A DNA stretch of 19,328 bases from Gemmatimonadota bacterium (GTDB lineage Bacteria > Gemmatimonadota > Gemmatimonadetes > Gemmatimonadales > GWC2-71-9), in the NCBI GenBank assembly GCA_039589275.1, contig JBDHHP010000070.1:1-19328 (forward strand), given 5' to 3'. Shown in pieces: positions 8,892 to 14,514 of this stretch. Position numbers and translations under genes: made by a program. The notes beneath the pieces were generated by a model. It was given only the letters and a program-made list of their open reading frames with translations, was not told the DNA's origin and did no database searches. The stretch's first letter is position 1. The number at the start of each line of letters is the position of its first letter.

Positions 8892-9254
8892 CTACCTCCT
8901 GTCGCGCACCGTGGCTTCAAATCCTGTCATCCTCTCCAGTTCAGCAATGAACTGATCCGGCGTCGTCGCAGTCGAATCGAATGTCACCACCGCCTGTCCC
9001 GTCTCGTACGAAACGTCCGCACTCTCGACTCCATCAACTCGTCGTAGGGCCACACGGGCCGCTGCGGCACAGCCAGTTCACGTCATCCCGGTAACCAGGA
9101 GCGTCACGCTAGCGTAAGCCTCGGCTGCCATTTCCATGCTCATTGCGGACCCGTCGTCGTGTCCGGCCATGGCATCGTGATCGTGTCGCAGAAGTTGTGA
9201 CCCGACACCCACACCTATGACGGCTACGACGGCAACCCATTCGACTGTCTTCAT
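8892..9254 (-). CDS. merP: MerP-like periplasmic/membrane-anchored mercury-binding protein, predicted selenoprotein (UGA=Sec at codon 59, 9078-9080); not in the ORF track
   Basis: Minus-strand reading from ATG at 9254 (AAGGA upstream): MKTVEWVAVVAVIGVGVGSQLLRHDHDAMAGHDDGSAMSMEMAAEAYASVTLLVTGMT-U-TGCAAAARVALRRVDGVESADVSYETGQAVVTFDSTATTPDQFIAELERMTGFEATVRDRR, TAG at 8892-8894. Conserved HMA/MerP architecture on both sides of the UGA. Lies between merT and merB. Confidence 0.87.
9043..9066 (-). promoter_or_regulatory. Candidate bacterial SECIS-like stem-loop downstream of the merP UGA
   Basis: Minus-strand RNA CG-c-AG-c-GGCC-[CGUGU]-GGCC-CU-a-CG: 8 bp with one mismatch and one bulge. 5-nt apical loop with G at position 2, starting about 22 nt after the UGA. 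Confidence 0.6.
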
Positions 9255-9271
9255 TGTCTATTCCTTATCAC

Positions 9272-9613
9272 TCAGAGTACCCAGACTGACCATGTCGGAT
9301 AGGTGGCGAACAGCACGGCTACGCCCGTAGCGATCCACAGCATCGTCTTCATTCGTTGTCTCACTCTGGGTTCCGCGCATACCTTGCCGGGTTCACAGGC
9401 CTTCTGGTCCTCACGATGCAGAAGGAAGAACCCGAGGCCGAGAAACACGGCTGTGGCACCAAGGAGGTAGGGCCTGAGGGGCTCGAAGGTACTAGACAGC
9501 CCAGCGCCCGACACGCCCACTGCCACGGCAAGCAAGGGTCCTGCACAGCAAAGCGCGGATACAACGGCCGCAGCCACACCGGCGCCAGCGATTGCGACCG
9601 TCTTGCCAGTCAC
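9272..9613 (-). CDS. merT: Mercuric ion transporter MerT
   Basis: TM1 with vicinal cysteines (SALCCAGPLLAVAVGVSGAG), later Cys pair (KACEPGKVCA), three hydrophobic segments. GTG start overlaps the upstream stop (GTGA). Confidence 0.9.
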   Translation of the reverse strand: MTGKTVAIAGAGVAAAVVSALCCAGPLLAVAVGVSGAGLSSTFEPLRPYLLGATAVFLGLGFFLLHREDQKACEPGKVCAEPRVRQRMKTMLWIATGVAVLFATYPTWSVWVL

Positions 9614-9900
9614 ACTGCCTCCTCAATAGCAGCCCTTATTCCGTCGGCGGACGGCGTTCCATCCGCACGGCAGGCCGCGCCTCCCACACCCGCCTGGACA
9701 CCAGTCACGTCTCGACCGTTGACGAGGATGGTGGGTGATCCATGTTGCTTTACGTATTCCGGGACCTGTGGATCACCTTGCTCCCACTCCTGCCAGTCAG
9801 CGGATAGATCAAGGGCTGAGATAGCCTGCCGCAGGTTATTCCTAGCTGGCTCCGCGTTGGGACAGCCCTCGAAGTAGATCAGTTCAATCGTCGGGTTCAT
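9610..9900 (-). CDS. Small thioredoxin-fold-like protein in the mer operon
   Basis: IELIYFEGCPNAEPARNNLRQAI...VPEYVKQHGSPTILVNGRDVTG: beta-strand/CxN helix/SPTILVNG pattern typical of thioredoxin/glutaredoxin-like small proteins. GGAG upstream; 4-bp overlap with merT. Confidence 0.7.
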   Translation of the reverse strand: MNPTIELIYFEGCPNAEPARNNLRQAISALDLSADWQEWEQGDPQVPEYVKQHGSPTILVNGRDVTGVQAGVGGAACRADGTPSADGIRAAIEEAV

Positions 9901-9913
9901 AGTTGCGTCTCCA

Positions 9914-10312
9914 TTAGTCGGTCTCTAGCACCTCAAGAATGGGGCACTCTCCTGACGGTGCTCGCTTTGCGCAGTCCGCAGCGAGGGTGGCGAGTGCTTT
10001 CTTGATGCTTTCGAGTTCGCGGATCTTGGTTTCCACGAGCGCAATCTTTTGGCGTGCCTTCCGTTCCACAGCGCCACAAGCTCTAGGGGACCGTGCTCGC
10101 AACTCTAGCAGCTCCGCTATCTCAGACAGCGAGAATCCGAGATCTTGCGCCCGTTTGATGAACCGAATGCGGCGCACTGTGTCGGGTGAGTATTGCCGGT
10201 AACCCGATGGCGTCCGTTCCGGTTCGGCAATCAGACCGCGCCGCTCATAGAAGCGGACCGTCTCCACCTTGACCCGCGCCTGTTCCGCCAACTGTCCGAT
10301 GCGAAGTGCCAT
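9914..10312 (-). CDS. merR: MerR-type Hg-responsive transcriptional regulator
   Basis: MALRIGQLAEQARVKVETVRFYERRGLIAEPERTPSGYRQY HTH. Three cysteines in the MerR Hg-binding arrangement (RACG...ADCAKRAPSGECPIL). Start chosen at internal Met (10312); the ORF track extension to 10372 overlaps the promoter. Confidence 0.9.
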   Translation of the reverse strand: MALRIGQLAEQARVKVETVRFYERRGLIAEPERTPSGYRQYSPDTVRRIRFIKRAQDLGFSLSEIAELLELRARSPRACGAVERKARQKIALVETKIRELESIKKALATLAADCAKRAPSGECPILEVLETD

Positions 10313-10341
10313 TCCGCATCCCCTCTCCTTTACCATCAACA

Positions 10342-10372
10342 AGGTAAACCCCGTACCTAGGTACAGGGTCAA
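10342..10372 (-). promoter_or_regulatory. MerR-type promoter/operator for the merR-trx-merT-merP-merB operon
   Basis: Minus strand TTGACC-CTGTACCTAGGTACGGGGT-TTACCT: -35, 19-bp spacer, -10. The dyad ACCCcGTACCTAGGTACaGGGT spans 10348-10369, with perfect GTACCTAGGTAC at 10353-10364. Confidence 0.85.
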
Positions 10373-10565
10373 GACAAGATCATAGGGAGATTGTCAACCG
10401 CTGGGTGAGCGATGCGGGCCATACGTGATTGCATCCTTCCACACCGAATCGTTGAACACCGGCTGTCAGGACGCAGTCTACCTGAACCACGTGCGGCCCG
10501 AGGATGGTGGCGTAGAGCCTGATTGGGCAGTATTCAATTGAAAGACCAAGGCTTTGCGGCAGCAG

Positions 10566-11675
10566 TTAGATGTGAGCTGTGCGACGTCCCAGTAGGTTCA
10601 TCCGGGTGCTGCGCACCGTTGCAGGCTCGACCACCCGTCCGTCACTGAAGCGGAAGCGAAGGGCATCATCTGGGCATTGGACCACGCACGCCCCACATCG
10701 AATGCACTTGCTCCGCCCGGCTAACTCGACTCGCCGCAACTTCCCGTTCATCTGCAATACACCGCGTGGGCACACCTGAACACATTCGCCGGATCCGCTA
10801 CACCGATTGTCTGCTAGCTCGACTTCGAACTCATTCCCAAGGGAGTTAACGCCGCCAGGATACCAGGGCGTCGTTCCCGTGAGATCCAGGGAGAGGACGG
10901 ACATACCGCCGACAGACACGATTGCCAGTGCGAGAAGGGATGCTCCGCCTAGCTCACCGAGCAAGGCCAAAGCGCCGATGCCGGTCGCGAACCCCAACAC
11001 GGCGGTGGCACCATAGGTCAGCAACCGTCCGCGTCCGGTTACGCTCACCCAGGGTAGCGCCGCAAAAACCGCCGAAACCATGAGAACAGACACCGCTGCC
11101 GCGACCAGTCCTGCATGCCAACCCACTGAGAATCCGACGGCCAGAACGGCGATCAACATCATCAGCACCGTCCAGACGAGTGCCATTTCCATCCGCTCCC
11201 AGAGCGGAAAGCGCATGAGGCGGTGTGCCTTCCTGACCCGCTGCCCCCGGTCAAGGAACTCCGGCAGATCTTCGAGTCGGGCCGGCCCCCACCTCGCTTC
11301 CCAACCCGTGGCCTCAGTGATCTTGCTCCTTTCGATGCCGCTGGCCGAGAGTTGCGGGAGCACTAGGCTCCTATGTCGCACGAGCTGACCAATCCCTGAG
11401 GCACGGATGGCCGCGATAACATCGTGGTGCGTGAGATGGCCTCCACCAGCCGCACACCAAACATTGATGCCGTTGCTGTTCGCCACGAGCAACCAAGCGT
11501 CGCGCCCGGTTAACGCCTGCTTCACCCTCCGAACAGTCAGTCTGAAGTTGCCGGTTACCAGTACCGGTGCACTAGGTCCTGGTCGACCGATGCGATCGAG
11601 GCCGTGCGGGGCAGCATGGGGAAACAGCCGCAGCACCGTGTCACGAAGCCATCCTGGGAACTCACGCGCTTTCAT
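10566..11675 (-). CDS. HgcAB-like fusion protein: HgcA-like corrinoid-binding/membrane region plus HgcB-like ferredoxin domain
   Basis: Cap-helix-like motif NVWCAAGGG (11439-11465), about 5 predicted TM segments (res. ~163-265), C-terminal CSGSGECVQVCP and CIRCGACVVQCP ferredoxin motifs. Confidence 0.82.
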   Translation of the reverse strand: MKAREFPGWLRDTVLRLFPHAAPHGLDRIGRPGPSAPVLVTGNFRLTVRRVKQALTGRDAWLLVANSNGINVWCAAGGGHLTHHDVIAAIRASGIGQLVRHRSLVLPQLSASGIERSKITEATGWEARWGPARLEDLPEFLDRGQRVRKAHRLMRFPLWERMEMALVWTVLMMLIAVLAVGFSVGWHAGLVAAAVSVLMVSAVFAALPWVSVTGRGRLLTYGATAVLGFATGIGALALLGELGGASLLALAIVSVGGMSVLSLDLTGTTPWYPGGVNSLGNEFEVELADNRCSGSGECVQVCPRGVLQMNGKLRRVELAGRSKCIRCGACVVQCPDDALRFRFSDGRVVEPATVRSTRMNLLGRRTAHI

Positions 11676-12336
11676 GCTGCTCCTCCTCTTTCACCCCGCT
11701 CACGATCGAGAACGCACCAGATGAAAGCCGCTCCTCCTCCACCGCCACGAATCCGGCCTCACTCAGCTGCTCTGCAAGACGCTGAACCGGTCGGGTGGTG
11801 GTCTGCGTCAACACGAACGTGAGCAGGGCGACTGGTAACCGACCTAACCGATACCAGAGGCGGCGTACACGAGTACGCGGTAACACCTCGTCAGCGATGA
11901 CGATCGTTCCTCCAGGTCGCAGTCGGGAGTACACGACGTTGAGTACGTAGGACTGCTCCTCGGGCGAGAGCTCACTGAAGGTGATACACGAGGTGACCGC
12001 GTCAAACGCATCCTTGGCAAATCTGTCTTCGATCTCCATTGCGCTGAGTTCGAGCCACTCCACGCTCCCAGCGGACGGGCAGCGCTTGCGTTGAGCTATT
12101 TCGAGCATACCGGGACTGATGTCGATCCCGACCACGTCGGCCCCACGAGCCGCGCAGGCAAGCGCAACGGCACCGGTTCCGCACCCAACGTCGAGCACGC
12201 GCTTCCCCCGCGCCGCCACCCGCTCCGCCAAGTGCTCATACACTCGGCCGATCTTGCCACGGGAGAGCATGCGAATTCCCCGATCGTACCGCGCCGGACT
12301 CGACTCCAGCAGCCTCATGTACAGGAACGTGCTCAC
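11662..12336 (-). CDS. Class I SAM-dependent methyltransferase associated with the corrinoid-like protein
   Basis: VLDVGCGTGAVALACAARGADVVGIDISPGMLEIAQ motif I/II and LRPGGTIVIADE. Likely GTG start at 12336 overlapping the tetR stop (TAGTG) rather than the 12444 start in the track; 14-bp overlap with the downstream fusion gene. Confidence 0.85.
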   Translation of the reverse strand: MSTFLYMRLLESSPARYDRGIRMLSRGKIGRVYEHLAERVAARGKRVLDVGCGTGAVALACAARGADVVGIDISPGMLEIAQRKRCPSAGSVEWLELSAMEIEDRFAKDAFDAVTSCITFSELSPEEQSYVLNVVYSRLRPGGTIVIADEVLPRTRVRRLWYRLGRLPVALLTFVLTQTTTRPVQRLAEQLSEAGFVAVEEERLSSGAFSIVSGVKEEEQHESA

Positions 12337-12956
12337 TAGACCTCTCCAACGGAGGGAGCACTGCGAGCAGCGCCGTCCAGAAACGTCGTCACCGCAACGT
12401 CGGGGATCTGCTCGAGCGGAGGCCACACTCCACCGGTGCCCCAATGCTGCACAAACATCAACGACAGGATGCCGACGAAAAGCACTGCGAGTTCCGGGAT
12501 CGGCCTGTCGCTCCGGATCTGTTTCGCCGCGATGCCTTCCTCTAGGATTTCTGAGACTTTGGTTACAAACGGAGTAAGATGCTCCAGAATCAGGGGGAAC
12601 GTCTCGGGACGAAAGCTCATCGCTTCCCGCACCAGCACTTTCATGAAGCCCTCTTCTTCCCGCAGCACAGCGACATCGGCCGCCGCCAGAGCCCGTAGTC
12701 GCTCCCGCACCGAATCACCTGCCTCGGCGGCGTCATAGCGCGCCACTGCTCGAAAACAGGCCTCCTCGATCACTGCCGCGAAGAGCCGCTCTTTGCTCTC
12801 GAAATAGTTGTAGAGCGTGCCCTTTGCGAATCCCGCAGCGAGCGAGATGGCGTCCACGTTGGCTCCGTCGAGACCGCGTTCGGCAAAGTGGGTCGCAGCA
12901 GTTTCCAGAAGGCGTTTTCTCACGCCCTCCTTCGCCCTAGCACTAATCCGTGGCAT
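12336..12956 (-). CDS. TetR/AcrR family transcriptional regulator
   Basis: N-terminal HTH: RLLETAATHFAERGLDGANVDAISLAAGFAKGTLYNYFESKERLFAAVIEEA. Confidence 0.93.
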   Translation of the reverse strand: MPRISARAKEGVRKRLLETAATHFAERGLDGANVDAISLAAGFAKGTLYNYFESKERLFAAVIEEACFRAVARYDAAEAGDSVRERLRALAAADVAVLREEEGFMKVLVREAMSFRPETFPLILEHLTPFVTKVSEILEEGIAAKQIRSDRPIPELAVLFVGILSLMFVQHWGTGGVWPPLEQIPDVAVTTFLDGAARSAPSVGEV

Positions 12957-12960
12957 GTGA

Positions 12961-12990
12961 TTATTGTGGGTGACCAGTCACCCATAATAA
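12961..12990. promoter_or_regulatory. Probable TetR operator (30-bp inverted repeat)
   Basis: TTATTgTGGGTGACcaGTCACCCAtAATAA: 8-bp perfect core arms around CA plus 5/6 paired flanks; overlaps the predicted -10/TSS. Confidence 0.8.
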
Positions 12991-13014
12991 TATTCCCGGC
13001 TGCTTCCATGTCAA
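12987..13014 (-). promoter_or_regulatory. Sigma70-like promoter of the tetR-methyltransferase-HgcAB-like operon
   Basis: Minus strand TTGACA (13009-13014) - 16 bp - TATTAT (12987-12992). Confidence 0.75.
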
Positions 13015-13097
13015 GTGCCAAGCTGATTAGTCACACGAACGAGCACGGTACCGGCACCGTGGATGGGGAATCCACTGCGCATGGCTAAACCGTTGTG

Positions 13098-13400
13098 TCA
13101 CATTGGGCTGGTGACCACTGCGCCTTGAATGTGCCTTGACGGAATCGCGTCATCGATGATCTCGTCAGCGTCCGCTGGAGGTGCAGCGAGGGCCAAGGCA
13201 CCACAGACGCAAGAGCGCGATTGACAGATCAGACGGAGTTGAGCCGGCTTGTCAGCTAGGACACCGCACCACGGGCACTCCCACCCGGAGTCCGGCTCGG
13301 CGCTCAACGGCTCCATGAGCGATGCGTGGTCAACCTGGCTACTAGTATGCTCCAACGGTCCAGATCCGACCTTGCAAGCCGCACAGCATATTGCCGCCAT
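13098..13400 (-). CDS. Hypothetical small Cys-rich protein (possible zinc ribbon)
   Basis: From internal Met: MAAICCAACK...WECPWCGVLADKPAQLRLICQSRSCVCGALAL. Paired Cys motifs but no clear family; weak call. Confidence 0.3.
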   Translation of the reverse strand: MAAICCAACKVGSGPLEHTSSQVDHASLMEPLSAEPDSGWECPWCGVLADKPAQLRLICQSRSCVCGALALAAPPADADEIIDDAIPSRHIQGAVVTSPM

Positions 13401-13461
13401 TCGGTAGTCGTTTGCTGCGCGACTATCCGTCCGCCTAGGATGCACAGACGGTGGGTTGCGC

Positions 13462-13926
13462 TCATCTACCTCTCTCCAGGTACATGAGAGAGGGGACGAA
13501 TGCCCTCGGTATCGAACCGCTCGATTCGATTTGGTGTCGACGGATGCGGGCACCCTGCTGATTGGCGAGGTCGTGTCCCGCCGAAAGGAAATGCCGTATC
13601 AGGGCCTTTTCGAGTACGGCTAGGACCTTGACCATTTGCTGCCCTGGAAGGGTCACCGGAACACCAACTATGACCACCCGTCGGCCCGTCTTTGCCGACT
13701 CAAGGTGTTTCATCAATCTCAAGTTGTTCAGGTGACCGCGCATGCGACGACGGACGTTGCTCGCCCTTCCTACATACAGCGCCTCGTATGATTTGCCCCA
13801 CCTACGGGCAAAGACATAAACCCCTGCCTCGCGCTCGAAATGCTCAAGGTTCACCGTGTAGATGAGACCATCCTTGGCACCGCTGCGAAGAGGGACCGGC
13901 TTCAACCAGTCGATGAGCAGACGCAT
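13462..13926 (-). CDS. GIY-YIG nuclease-domain protein
   Basis: AGVYVFARRWGKSYEALYVGRASNVRRRMRGHL (GIY...YIG, Arg) and downstream LEKALI...DLANQQG (Glu/Asn) pattern. Confidence 0.75.
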   Translation of the reverse strand: MRLLIDWLKPVPLRSGAKDGLIYTVNLEHFEREAGVYVFARRWGKSYEALYVGRASNVRRRMRGHLNNLRLMKHLESAKTGRRVVIVGVPVTLPGQQMVKVLAVLEKALIRHFLSAGHDLANQQGARIRRHQIESSGSIPRAFVPSLMYLERGR

Positions 13927-14178
13927 AGACTACTCCATGATGACCGTGAACCGCATAATCGGACCCAGGGAGTCTCTTGGCTAAACCCCGGCGAACGCGA
14001 GGGCGACCGATCAAGCCTTGAGATGTTGAGCGCCAGAGAAGTCCACCAGGGCGATTCTGGGTCACGGAAGCGCCTAGAACGGGACGTTCGTCCCTGGCAA
14101 AAGTCCGGACACCAACATGGGGGGGTCGTTCTCGAGAAAGCAAGAGCGAGCCAGGCTAACTGCTTGGCTCGCTTATAG

Positions 14179-14240
14179 TTGCCCCGCCAGGGCTCGAACC
14201 TGGACTCTTCTGATCCAGAGTCAGACGTGTTGCCAGTGTA
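14179..14240 (-). tRNA. Partial tRNA-Gln(CUG), 3' portion only; putative att site
   Basis: Minus strand ACTGGCAACACG-TCTGA-CTCTGGA-TCAGA-AGAGT-CCAGG-TTCGAGC-CCTGG-CGGGGCA-A has anticodon arm, T arm and 3' acceptor strand. The 5' acceptor (would need TGCCCCG) is absent. Confidence 0.7.
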
Positions 14241-14401
14241 GCCCAGCGTCCGGTGGACGTGGGATTCCTAATCCTCAGCCCGTCAGAAACCTCAGTAAGA
14301 ACAAGGCCTCTGAGCTGATTGTGGCCGGATTGTGGCCAACGCCTGGGGTAAGGAACGAAAGGGCAATCCCGAATCCACAACGGCAGGGACAATGAGCTAG
14401 A

Positions 14402-14430
14402 TACGAAAGAAACGAATCAAACGAAATAAT
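14402..14430 (-). repeat. TTCGTTT-rich 29-mer (left copy, inverted relative to right copy)
   Basis: Reverse complement ATTATTTCGTTTGATTCGTTTCTTTCGTA matches 17824-17852 at 25/29 positions. Confidence 0.75.
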
Positions 14431-14476
14431 GCTGCGCAATTCCAAACCGCTGTTGACATGCACATCTGAGGATGTA

Positions 14477-14514
14477 GGGAGTGCCGGAGGTTTTCAGGGA
14501 TTGTCGGCACTCCC
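14477..14514. other. Strong 10-bp perfect inverted repeat with 18-nt loop
   Basis: GGGAGTGCCG-gaggttttcagggattgt-CGGCACTCCC; TTGACA at about 14453 just upstream. Confidence 0.6.

Noticed and set aside
8892-9254. merP as a simple nonsense pseudogene
   Set aside because: Cannot be fully excluded. The stop is specifically UGA at a Cys codon position of the active motif, the remaining frame is undamaged, the RBS/operon spacing is intact, and a SECIS-like hairpin follows. The Sec reading is the better explanation pending a search for the Sec machinery.
10313-10372. N-terminal extension MTLYLGTGFTLLMVKERGCG of MerR in the ORF track
   Set aside because: It would translate through the MerR promoter/operator; the conserved MerR N-terminus begins at MALRIGQL (10312).
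12337-12444. N-terminal extension of the methyltransferase ORF upstream to 12444
   Set aside because: It overlaps the tetR 3' end out of frame with a non-homologous Arg/Cys-rich sequence; the TAGTG-coupled GTG at 12336 is more plausible.
11080-12577. Plus-strand ORFs 11080-11388, 11407-11724, 12119-12577
   Set aside because: Antisense shadows of the HgcAB-like fusion, methyltransferase and tetR genes.
14179-14260. Complete tRNA-Gln gene
   Set aside because: The upstream sequence (GACGCTGGGCTAC) does not pair with the 3' acceptor strand CGGGGCA; only the 3' portion is supported.
14117-14463. Small ORFs across the tRNA fragment (14117-14395 +, 14156-14392 -, 14275-14463 -)
   Set aside because: Translations such as LDQKSPGSSPGGAT are typical of spurious reading through a tRNA gene.
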